Shown piece by piece: positions 33,572 through 44,800 of a stretch of 64,000 nucleotides of DNA. Below the pieces are notes generated by a model, which worked only from the letters and a program-made list of their open reading frames with translations, had not been told where the DNA came from and ran no database searches. The position numbers and the translations under genes were made by a program. This DNA comes from Anaeramoeba ignava BMAN (lineage: Eukaryota > Protista > Anaeramoebae), in contig JAPDFW010000115.1 in NCBI GenBank assembly GCA_028826165.1, positions 62,001 through 126,000 of the forward strand, written 5' to 3'. Within the stretch, counting starts at the first letter, position 1; each line of letters starts with the position of its first letter.

Positions 33572-35590
33572 TTATTTCAATAAGGAATCAAGTATTGATT
33601 TTGGATTTAATAGATAAAAATCTTTTAAATCTTCAAATTCTTCAAATATTTCTTTTGGAATTTCTTTTTCAAATTCATCATGATAAAGAAAGTAAATTAA
33701 TTCTTGAATTGTTTCAAATGATTTTCCTGAATAATCATGAACTTGATTTGAAGTATCATTAACATTCAATTCAAACATTCCTTTAAATAATTCACTTCTT
33801 ATTTGTAATATTAATTTATGAACTTTAATTTCTTTTTCTTCACAAATTATTGTAAAATCTTTGGTTTCATTTTGTTGATATAATTTTGATAAATCTTTTA
33901 ATATTCCTTTTCTTCCTTCTTTTTCTTTAATCCATTTTGAATCAAATCCAATTTCTTTAAATAATTCATTCACTTTTTCTTCTTTTTCTTCTTGAATTTG
34001 TTTCTCGATTGTGTTTGAAATTAATTTTTGTTCATTTTTTTGTTGAAGTCCAAAGTGAAATAGGAATGAAGAGTGATGAAAAGAACGAAATGGATGAAAT
34101 GGAAGACTATTTAAAGAATCTTTTTTTTGAGAAATTGATGAAAATTCTTGAATTAATTGTTGAAATCTCTGGTTGAAATTATCAAAATCAATTAATCCAG
34201 TATAAAGAAAATTTAAAGCAAATCGAATAATATCTTTTGATTTTTTTTTGCAAATATTGATAAATTTTTGGAAAAGTGTTGGATTATTATTGAATCTTAT
34301 TAAAAGAAATTGTTTGTGAACTTTGAATTTTGATTCATCATTGGATTTAATTTCAAAATCTTTAAATTCATTTGATTTCAAAAAATTGTTTAAGTCATAA
34401 CTAATTGAATAAAATCTCTCAAATAAATCAATCATTCTTTGTGTCAAGTTTTTATTATCAATTTCAAAAATATTTAGATAATTCAGTAAAAGAATCAAAA
34501 TCTTCATCGATAATCCATTTTTAAAAGCCAATTCAAAAGGTGTTTGATTGGCTTTATTTTTTGAATTAACATCAATTCCTTTTGAAATTAAATATTCAAT
34601 AATTTCAAGTGAAATATTTCGATTCGAACAAGCATAATGTAAAGCTGTTTGATTATTTGTTGTATTTAGTTTTGATCCTTTTTCAACTAATAATTCAATA
34701 ATTTCAAATGATGGGTAATTGTTAGACAAAGCAATATGTAAAGGTATTTCATTCCATCGATTTTCTGAATTGATTTCACATCCTTTCTCAATTAAAAATT
34801 GTATTATTTCTTTGGATAGATTAATCTTCTTCAAAATGATATGCAAAATATTTTCTTGATATTGATTTTTTGTGTTAATATCAATTCCTGATGAAATGAA
34901 TAATTGGATAATTTCAAGAGAAATATTTGGATTTTTACATGCAATATGTAAAGCTGTTTCTTGATATTGATTTTTTGCGTTAATATCAATTCCTGATGAA
35001 ATTAAATATTTAATAATTTCAAATGAAATATTTGGATTTAAACATGCATTATGTAAAAATGTTTCATTTCGGTTTGTTTTTGAATTAATATCAATTCCTT
35101 TTTCAATCAGAGATTTAATAATTTCAAGTGAAATATTTGGATTTTTCAAAGCAAGAAATAAAGTATTCTCATTTTGTTTATTTTTTGAATCATCATCAAT
35201 TTCTTTTTCAATTAAATATAAAATCACTTCATTGGAATAATTCTTTTTCAAAGCAATATTTAAAGGTTTTTCTTTCCATCTGTTTGTTAAGCTAATATCA
35301 GCTCCTTTTGAAATTAATAACTCAATAATTTCTTTATCTAATTTATTGCAAATTGTTGAATGTAAACATCCATTTCCAAGTGAATCAACCCAATTCAAAT
35401 TTGTTTCTTTTTCAATTAATAATTTTATAATTTGAATTGATGAATTTTGTTCAAAAGCAAAATTTAAAAATGGTTGATTTCTTTCTTCAAATTGTTTTGT
35501 TGTTTTTAAACTTGAAATTGAATTGAAAAATTCAATGTTTTTCATTTTAATTGCTTCATAAACTTTTTTTAATTCATTTTCTTGATTCAT
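33572..35590 (-). CDS. Ankyrin-repeat (~10) + tandem BTB/POZ protein (type A)
   Basis: Ankyrin TxLH motifs, BTB1 FKDFEIKSNDESKFKVHKQFL..., BTB2 KDFTIICEEKEIKVHKLILQIRSELF. Confidence 0.92.
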   Translation of the reverse strand: MNQENELKKVYEAIKMKNIEFFNSISSLKTTKQFEERNQPFLNFAFEQNSSIQIIKLLIEKETNLNWVDSLGNGCLHSTICNKLDKEIIELLISKGADISLTNRWKEKPLNIALKKNYSNEVILYLIEKEIDDDSKNKQNENTLFLALKNPNISLEIIKSLIEKGIDINSKTNRNETFLHNACLNPNISFEIIKYLISSGIDINAKNQYQETALHIACKNPNISLEIIQLFISSGIDINTKNQYQENILHIILKKINLSKEIIQFLIEKGCEINSENRWNEIPLHIALSNNYPSFEIIELLVEKGSKLNTTNNQTALHYACSNRNISLEIIEYLISKGIDVNSKNKANQTPFELAFKNGLSMKILILLLNYLNIFEIDNKNLTQRMIDLFERFYSISYDLNNFLKSNEFKDFEIKSNDESKFKVHKQFLLIRFNNNPTLFQKFINICKKKSKDIIRFALNFLYTGLIDFDNFNQRFQQLIQEFSSISQKKDSLNSLPFHPFRSFHHSSFLFHFGLQQKNEQKLISNTIEKQIQEEKEEKVNELFKEIGFDSKWIKEKEGRKGILKDLSKLYQQNETKDFTIICEEKEIKVHKLILQIRSELFKGMFELNVNDTSNQVHDYSGKSFETIQELIYFLYHDEFEKEIPKEIFEEFEDLKDFYLLNPKSILDSLLK

Positions 35591-35758
35591 TTTTAAATTT
35601 TTTATTTTTTATTTTTGAATGAAAAAAAAATGAAAAAAAAAATTAATTCAAAATAAAAAAGAAAAGAGGAATTATTTTTTAAGATATTAAAGATAATAAA
35701 GAAAAAGTGGAATTATTTTTTGAGATATTAAAGATAATAAAGATTAAAAAAAGTGGAA

Positions 35759-38668
35759 TTATTTTTGTTCTTCTTCTTTTTTTGTTTTTGATGAATTGAA
35801 AATGTTTTTAGAATAAAAATCAAGTAAATATCCTAAAATTGATTTTGGATTTAATTGATAAAAATCTTTTACATCTTCAAATTCTTCAAATATTTCTTTT
35901 GTTAATTTTGTTTCTTCAATTTTATCATGATAAAGAAAATAAATTAATTCTTGAATTGTTTCAAATGATTTTCCTGAATAATCATGAACTTGATTTGAAG
36001 TATCATTAACATTCAATAAAAACATTCCTTTAAATAATTCACTTCTTATTTGTAATATTAATTTATGAACTTTAATTTCTTTTTCTTCACAAATTATTGT
36101 AAAATCTTTGGTTTCATTTTGTTGATATAATTTATCAAAATCTTTTAATATTCCTTTTCTTCCTTCTTTTTCTTTAATCCATTTTGAATCAAATCCAATT
36201 TCTTTAAATAATTCATTTACTTTTTCTTCTTTTTCTTCTTGAATTTGTTTCTCGATTGTGTTTGAAATTAATTTTTGTTCATTTTTTCGTTGAAGTTCAA
36301 AGTGAACTGAAAAGGAATTATAAATACGAAATGGAAGACTATTTAAAGAATCTTTTATTTGAGAAATTGATGGAAGTTCTTGAATTAATTGTTGAAATCT
36401 CTGGTTGAAATGATCAAAATCAATTAATCCAGTATAAAGAAAATTTAAAGCAAATCGAACAATATCTTTTGATTTTTTTTTGCAAATATTGATAAATTTT
36501 TGGAAAAGTGTTGGATTATTATTGAATCTTATTAAAAGAAATTGTTTGTGAACTTTGAATTTTGATTCATCATTGGATTTAATTTCAAAATCTTTAAATT
36601 CATTTGATTTCAAAAAATTGTTTAAATCATAACTAATTGAGTAAAATCTCTCAAATAAATCAATCATTCTTTGTGTCAAGTTTTTATTACCAATTTCAAA
36701 AATATCTAGATAATTCAGTAAAAGAATCAAAATCTTCATCGATAATCCATTTTCAAAAGCAAAATCAAAAGGTGTTTGATTGGCTTTATTTTTTGAATTA
36801 ACATCAATTCCTTTTGAAATTAAATATTTAATAATTTCAATGGAAATATATGGATTTTGACATGCATAATGTAAAATTGTTTCATTCCATCTTGTTTTTG
36901 AATTGATATCAATTCCTTTTGAAATTAAATATTCAATAATTTCAAATGAAATATTTGGATTTTCACATGCAATATGTAAAACTGTTTCATTTTCATTTGT
37001 TTTTGAATTAACATCAATTCCTGATGAAATTAAATATTTAATAATTTCAAATGAAATATTTGGATTTTCACATGCAATATGTAAAACTGTTTCATTTCTA
37101 TTTGTTTTTGAATTAACATCAATTCCTTTTGAAATTAAATATTTAATAATTTCAAATGAAATATTTCGATTCGAACATGCAATATGTAAAACTGTTTCAT
37201 TTCTATTTGTTTTTGAATTAACATCAATTCCTGATGAAATTAAATATTTAATAATTTCAAATGAAATATTTCGATTCGAACATGCAATATGTAAAACTGT
37301 TTCATTTTCATTTGTTTTTGAATTAATATCAGATCCTGATGAAATTAAATATTTAATAATTTCAAGTGAAATATTTGGATTTTTACATACATAATGTAAA
37401 GGTGATTCATTTCTATATTTTGTTTTTGAATTAACATCAGATCCTGATGAAATTAAATATTCAATAATTTTAAATGAAATATTTGGATTTTTACATTCAT
37501 AATGTAAAATTGTTTCATTTTTATATTTTGTTTTTGCATTAATATCAATTCCTGATGAAATTAAATATTCAATAATTTCAATGGAAATATTATTTTTATA
37601 TGCAATATGCAAAGCTGTTTCATTTTCATTTGTTTTTGAATTAATATCAATTCCTGATGAAACTAATAATTTAATAATTTCAATGGAAATATTTGGATTT
37701 TTACATGCATAATGTAAAGGTGATTCATTTCTATATTTTGCTTTTGAATTAACATCAGATCCTTTTGAAATTAAATATTCAATAATTTTAAATGATGGAT
37801 AATTGTTGCACAAAGCATAATGTAAAGCTGTTTGATTATTTGTTGTATTTAGTTTTGATCCTTTTTCAACTAATAATTCAATAATTTCAAATGATGGGTA
37901 ATTGTTAGACAAAGCAATATGTAAAGGTATTTCATTCCATCGATTTTCTGAATTGATTTCACATCCTTTCTCAATTAAAATTTGTATTATTTCTTTGGAT
38001 AGATTAATCTTCTTCAAAATGATATGCAAAATATTTTCTTGATATTCATTTTTTGTGTTAATATCAATTCCTGATGAAATTAATAATTGGATAATTTCAA
38101 GAGAAATATTTGGATTTTTAAATGCAATATGTAAAAATGTTTCATTTCGGTTTGTTTTTGAATTAATATCAATTCCTTTTTCAATCAGAGATTTAATAAT
38201 TTCAAGTGAAATATTTGGATTTTTCAAAGCAAGAAATAAAGTATTCTCATTTTGTTTATTTTTTGAATCATCATCAATTTCTTTTTCAATTAAATATAAA
38301 ATCACTTCATTGGAATAATTCTTTTTCAAAGCAATATTTAAAGGTTTTTCTTTCCATCTGTTTGTTAAGCTAATATCAGCTCCTTTTGAAATTAATAACT
38401 CAATAATTTCTTTATCTAATTTATTGCAAATTGCTGAATGTAAACATCCATTTCCAAGTGAATCAACCCAATTCAAATTTGTTTCTTTTTCAATTAATAA
38501 TTTTATAATTTGAATTGATGAATTTTGTTCAAAAGCAAAATTTAAAAATGGTTGATTTCTTTCTTCAAATTGTTTTGTTGTTTTTAAACTTGAAATTGAA
38601 TTGAAAAATTCAATTTTTTTCGTTTTAATTGCTTCATAAACTTTTTTTAATTCATTTTCTTGATTCAT
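35759..38668 (-). CDS. Ankyrin-repeat (~18) + tandem BTB/POZ protein (type A N-terminus, type B C-terminal tail)
   Basis: Near-identical tandem paralogue of 33572-35590 with extra repeats. Confidence 0.92.
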   Translation of the reverse strand: MNQENELKKVYEAIKTKKIEFFNSISSLKTTKQFEERNQPFLNFAFEQNSSIQIIKLLIEKETNLNWVDSLGNGCLHSAICNKLDKEIIELLISKGADISLTNRWKEKPLNIALKKNYSNEVILYLIEKEIDDDSKNKQNENTLFLALKNPNISLEIIKSLIEKGIDINSKTNRNETFLHIAFKNPNISLEIIQLLISSGIDINTKNEYQENILHIILKKINLSKEIIQILIEKGCEINSENRWNEIPLHIALSNNYPSFEIIELLVEKGSKLNTTNNQTALHYALCNNYPSFKIIEYLISKGSDVNSKAKYRNESPLHYACKNPNISIEIIKLLVSSGIDINSKTNENETALHIAYKNNISIEIIEYLISSGIDINAKTKYKNETILHYECKNPNISFKIIEYLISSGSDVNSKTKYRNESPLHYVCKNPNISLEIIKYLISSGSDINSKTNENETVLHIACSNRNISFEIIKYLISSGIDVNSKTNRNETVLHIACSNRNISFEIIKYLISKGIDVNSKTNRNETVLHIACENPNISFEIIKYLISSGIDVNSKTNENETVLHIACENPNISFEIIEYLISKGIDINSKTRWNETILHYACQNPYISIEIIKYLISKGIDVNSKNKANQTPFDFAFENGLSMKILILLLNYLDIFEIGNKNLTQRMIDLFERFYSISYDLNNFLKSNEFKDFEIKSNDESKFKVHKQFLLIRFNNNPTLFQKFINICKKKSKDIVRFALNFLYTGLIDFDHFNQRFQQLIQELPSISQIKDSLNSLPFRIYNSFSVHFELQRKNEQKLISNTIEKQIQEEKEEKVNELFKEIGFDSKWIKEKEGRKGILKDFDKLYQQNETKDFTIICEEKEIKVHKLILQIRSELFKGMFLLNVNDTSNQVHDYSGKSFETIQELIYFLYHDKIEETKLTKEIFEEFEDVKDFYQLNPKSILGYLLDFYSKNIFNSSKTKKEEEQK

Positions 38669-38855
38669 TTTTAAATTTTTTATTTTTTATTTTTGAATGA
38701 AAAAAAAAAATGAAAAAAAAAAGAAAAAAAAAAATTAATTCAAAATAAAAAAGAAAAAAAAAAGAGGAATTATTTTTTAAGATATTTAAGATAATAAAGA
38801 AAGAAAAAGAGGAATTATTTTTTAAGATATTAAAGATATTAAAAAAAAAGTGGAA

Positions 38856-41800
38856 TTATTTTTGTTCTTCTTCTTTTTTTGTTTTTGATGAATTGAAAAT
38901 GTTTTTAGAATAAAAATCAAGTAAATATGATCCTAAAATTGATTTTGGATTTAATTGATAAAAATCTTTTACATCAGTAAATTCTTCAAATATTTCTTTT
39001 GTTAATTTTGTTTCATCAATTTTATCATGATAAAGAAAATAAATTAATTCTTGAATTGTTTCAAATGATTTTCCTGAATAATCATGAACTTGATTTGAAG
39101 TATCATTAACATTCAATAAAAACATTCCTTTAAATAATTCACTTCTTATTTGTAATATTAATTTATGAACTTTAATTTCTTTTTCTTCACAAATTATTGT
39201 AAAATCTTTGGTTTCATTTTGTTGATATAATTTATCAAAATCTTTTAATATTCCTTTTATTCCTTCTTTTTCTTTAATCCAATTTAAATCAAATCCTGTT
39301 TTTCAAATAAATCATAAGTTAATCCTTTTTCAATTTCTTCAATTTCAATTTCTTTCATTTTTTCTTTTTCTCTTTCATCTTGAATTTGTTTCTTTTCTTG
39401 AATTTGATTTTTAAAATTGATTAAATTTTGAAATCTTTGAAGAAAATAATCAAAATTAACAAATCCAGTATAAAGAAAATTTAAAGCTAATTGAATATCT
39501 TTTTTTGGTTTTCTTCTGCAAATATTGATAAATCTTGTTAAATTTGTTTGATTATTATCAAATCTTGTTAAAAGAATTAAATGATGAGCTTTGATTATTT
39601 CTCCATCATTACATTTAATTTCAATATCTGTAAATTCATTTGATTTCAAAAAATTATTTAAATCTTCATTAAATGAATAAATTTTTGGAAATAAATCAAT
39701 CATTTCTTGATTAATTTCATCATCTTTCAAATCGAAAACATTTCCACCATTAATCATCAATAATTTCATTAGTGGAATATTTTTATTTTGGCAAGCATAA
39801 TACAGAGCTGTTTCATTTTGATTTGTTTTTGAATTAATATCAATTCCTTTTGAAATTAAATATTTAATAATTTCAACTGAAATATTTGGATTTAAGCATG
39901 CATAATGTAAAATTGTTTTCTTTTGTTTTGTTTTTGAATTAATATTAATTCCTTTTGAAATTAAATATTTAATAATTTGAAGTGAAATATTTGGATTTTT
40001 ACATGCAATATGTAAAGCTGTTTCATTTTGATTTGTTTTTGAATTAATATTAATTTCTGATGAAATTAAATATTTAATAATTTCATTTGTTGAATTATTG
40101 CAAAAATAATCCAAAACTTCTTTATTTTGTTTTGTTTTTGAATTAATATCAATTCCCTTTGAAATTAAATATTCAATAATTTGAAGTGAAATATTTGGAT
40201 TTGGATTTTGATAAGCATAATGTAAAACTGTTTCATTTTGATTTGTTTTTGAATTAATATTAATTCCTGATGAAATTAAATATTTAATAATTTCAACTGA
40301 AATATTTGGATTTAAGCATGCATAATGTAAAACTGTTTTATTTTGATTTGTTTTTGAATTAATATCAATTCCTGATGAAATTAAATATTTAATAATTGGA
40401 AGTGAAATATTTGGATTTAAGCATGCATAATGTAAAATTGTTTCATTATAATTTGTTTTTGAATTAATATTAATTCCTGATGAAATTAAATATTTAATAA
40501 TTTCAACTGAAATATTTGGATTTAAACATGCATAATGTAAAATTGTTTTATTTTGATTTGTTTTTGAATTAATATCAATTCCTGATGAAATTAAATATTT
40601 AATAATTTGAAGTGAAATATTTGGATTTAAACATGCAATATGTAAAACTGTTTCGTTTTGATTTGTTTTTGAATTAATATCAATTCCTGATGAAATTAAA
40701 TATTTAATAATTTCAAATGAAATATTTGGATTTAAGCATGCAATATGTAAAATTGTTTCATTTTGATTTGTTTTTGAATTAATATCAATTCCTGATGAAA
40801 TTAAATATTTAATAATTTCATTTGTTGAATTATTGCAAAAATAATCCAAAACTTCTTTATTTTGTTTTGTTTTTGAATTAATATAAATTCCTTTTAAAAT
40901 TAAATATTCAATAATTTGAAGTGAAATATTTGGATTTGGATTTTGATAAGCATAATGTAAAATTGTTTCATTTTGATTTGTTTTTGAATTAATATCAATT
41001 TCTGATGAAATTAAATATTTAATAATTGGAAGTGAAATATTTGGATTTTTACATGCATAATGTAAAATTGTTTCGTTTTGATTTGTTTTTGAATTAATAT
41101 CAATTCCTGATGAAATTAAATATTCAATAATTGGAAGTGAAATATTTGGATTTAAGCATGCATAATGTAAAATTGTTTCATTATAATTTGTTTTTGAATT
41201 AATATTAATTCCTTTTGAAATTAAATATTTAATAATTTCAACTGAAATATTTGGATTTTTACATGCATAATGTAAAATTGTTTCATTTTGATTTGTTTTT
41301 GAATTAATATCAATTCCTTTTAAAATTAAATATTTAATAATTTGAAGTGAAATATTTATATTTAAACATGCATAATGTAAAATTGTTTCATTTTGATTTG
41401 TTTTTGAATTAATATTAATTCCTTTTGAAATTAAATATTCAATAATTTGAAGTGAAATATTTGGATTTTTACATACATAATGTAAAATTGTTTCATTTTG
41501 ATTTGTTTTTGAATTAATATCAATTCTTGATGAAATTAAATATTTAATAATTTTAAGTGAAATATTTGGATTTTTACATGCATAATGTAAAGCTGTTTCA
41601 TTTTGATTTGTTTTTGAATTAATATCAATTCCTGATGAAATTAAATATTTAATAATTTGAAGTGAAATATTTGGATTTAAGCATGCATAATGTAAAACTG
41701 TTTCATTTTGATTTGTTTTTGAATTAATATCAATTCTTGATGAAATTAAATATTTAATAATTTTAAGTGAAATATTTGGATTTTTACATGCAATATGTAA

Positions 41801-44800
41801 AATTGTTTCATTTTGATTTGTTTTTGAATTAATATCAATTCCTGATGAAATTAAATATTTAATAATTTCAAGTGAAATATTTGGATTTTTGTATGCATAA
41901 TGTAAAATTGTTTCATTTTGATTTGTTTTTGAATTAATATCAATTCCTGATGAAATTAAATATTTAATAATTGGAAGTGAAATATTTGGATTTTTACATG
42001 CATAATGTAAAATTGTTTCATTTTGATTTGTTTTTGAATTAATATCAATTCCTGATGAAATTAAATATTCAATAATTTGAAGTGAAATATTTGGATTTAA
42101 GCATGCATAATGTAAAATTGTTTCATTTTGATTTGTTTTTGAATTAATATCAATTCCTGATGAAATTAAATATTTAATAATTTCATTTGTTGAATTATTG
42201 CAAAAATAATCCAAAACTTCTTTATTTTGTTTTGTTTTTGAATTAATATAAATTCCTTTTAAAATTAAATATTCAATAATTTGAAGTGAAATATTTGGAT
42301 TTGGATTTTGATAAGCATAATGTAAAATTGTTTCATTTTGTTTTGTTTTTGAATTAATATTAATTCCTGATGAAATTAAATATTTAATAATTTGAAGTGA
42401 AATATTTGGATTTTTACATGCATAATGTAAAGCTGTTTCATTTTGATTTGTTTTTGAATTAATATCAATTTCTGATGAAATTAAATATTCAATAATTTGA
42501 AGTGAAATATTTTTATTTTTACATGCATAATGTAAAATTGTTTCGTTTTGATTTGTTTTTGAATTAATATCAATTCCTGATGAAATTAAATATTTAATAA
42601 TTTCAACTGAAATATTTGGATTTTTACATGCATAATGTAAAATTGTTTCATTTTGATTTGTTTTTGAATTAATATCAATTCCTGATGAAATTAAATATTC
42701 AATCATTTCAAGTGAAATATTTGGATTTTTACATGCATAATGTAAAATTGTTTCATTTTGATTTGTTTTTGAATTAATATCAATTTCTGATGAAATTAAA
42801 TATTTAATAATTTCATTTGTTGAATTATTGCAAAAATAATCCAAAACTTCTTCATTTTGTTTTGTTTTTGAATTAATATAAATTCCTTTTAAAATTAAAT
42901 ATTCAATAATTTGAAGTGAAATATTTGGATTTGGATTTTGATAAGCATAATGTAAAATTGTTTCATTTTGTTTTGTTTTTGAATTAATATTAATTCCTTT
43001 TGAAATTAAATATTTAATAATTTCAAGTGAAATATTTGGATTTAAACATGCAATATGTAAAGCTGTTTCATTTTGTTTTGTTATTGAATTAATATCAATT
43101 CCTGATGAAATTAAATATTTAATAATTTCAACTGAAATATTTGGATTTTTACATGCATAATGTAAAATTGTTTCATTTTGATTTGTTTTTGAATTAATAT
43201 CAATTCCTGATGAAATTAAATATTTAATAATTTCAACTGAAATATTTTGATTTTTACATGCATAATGTAAAATTGTTTCATTTTGATCATTTTCTTTTGA
43301 ATTAATATCAATTCCTGATGAAATTAAATATTTAATAATTTCATTTGTTGAATTATTGCAAAAATAATCTAAAACTTCTTTATTTTGTTTTGTTTTTGAA
43401 TTAATATAAATTCCTTTTAAAATTAAATATTCAATAATTTGAAGTGAAATATTTGGATTTGGATTTTGATAAGCATAATGTAAAATTGTTTCATTTTGTT
43501 TTGTTTTTGAATTAATATCAATTCCTGTTGAAATTAAATATTTAATAATTTGAAGTGAAATATTTGGATTTAAACATGCATAATGCAAAATTGTTTCATT
43601 TTGATTTGTTTTTGAATTAATATCAATTCTTGATGAAATTAAATATTTAATAATTTCAACTGAAATATTTGGATTTTTACATGCATAATGTAAAATTGTT
43701 TCATTTTGATTTGTTTTTGAATTAATATCAATTCCTGATGAAATTAAATATTTAATAATTTCAACTGAAATATTTTGATTTTTACATGCATAATGTAAAA
43801 TTGTTTCATTTTGATCATTTTCTTTTGAATTAATATCAATTCCTGATGAAATTAAATATTTAATAATTTCATTTGTTGAATTATTGCAAAAATAATCCAA
43901 AACTTCTTTATTTTGTTTTGTTTTTGAATTAATATAAATTCCTTTTAAAATTAAATATTCAATAATTTGAAGTGAAATATTTGGATTTTTGTATGCATAA
44001 TGTAAAACTGTTTCATTTTGATTTGTTTTTGAATTAATATCAATTCCTAATGAAATCAAATATTTAATAATTTCAACTGAAATATTTGGATTTTTACATG
44101 CATAATGTAAAATTGTTTCATTTTGTTTTGTTTTTGAATTAATATCAATTCCTGATGAAATTAAATATTCAATAATTTCAAGTGAAATATTTGGATTTAA
44201 GCATGCGTAATGTAAAATTGTTTCATTTTGTTTTGTTTTTGAATTAATATTAATTCCTGATGAAATTAAATATTTAATAATTTCATTTGTTGAATTATTG
44301 CAAAAATAATCTAAAACAGTTTCATTTTGATTTGTTATTGAATTAATATTAATTCCTGATGAAATTAAATATTTAATAATTTGAACTGAAATATTTGGAT
44401 TTAAACATGCATAATGTAAAATTGTTTCATTTTGATTTGTTTTTGAATTAATATCAATTCCTGATGAAATTAAATATTTAATAATTTCAACTGAAATATT
44501 TGGATTTTTACATGCATAATGTAAAATTGTTTCATTTTGATTTGTTTTTGAATTAATATCAATTCCTGATGAAATTAAATATTTAATAATTTCAACTGAA
44601 ATATTTGGATTTTTACATGCAATATGTAAAATTGTTTCATTTTGATTTGTTTTTGAATTAATATCAATTCCTGATGAAATTAAATATTTAATAATTTCAT
44701 TTGTTGAATTATTGCAAAAATAATCCAAAAATTCTTTATTTTGATTTGTTATTGAATTAATATTAATTCCTTTTAAAATTAAATATTCAATAATTTGAAG

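Noticed and set aside
39284-39310. Programmed ribosomal frameshift
   Set aside because: It is a one-base difference in a homopolymer relative to an intact paralogue, with no evident stimulatory structure.
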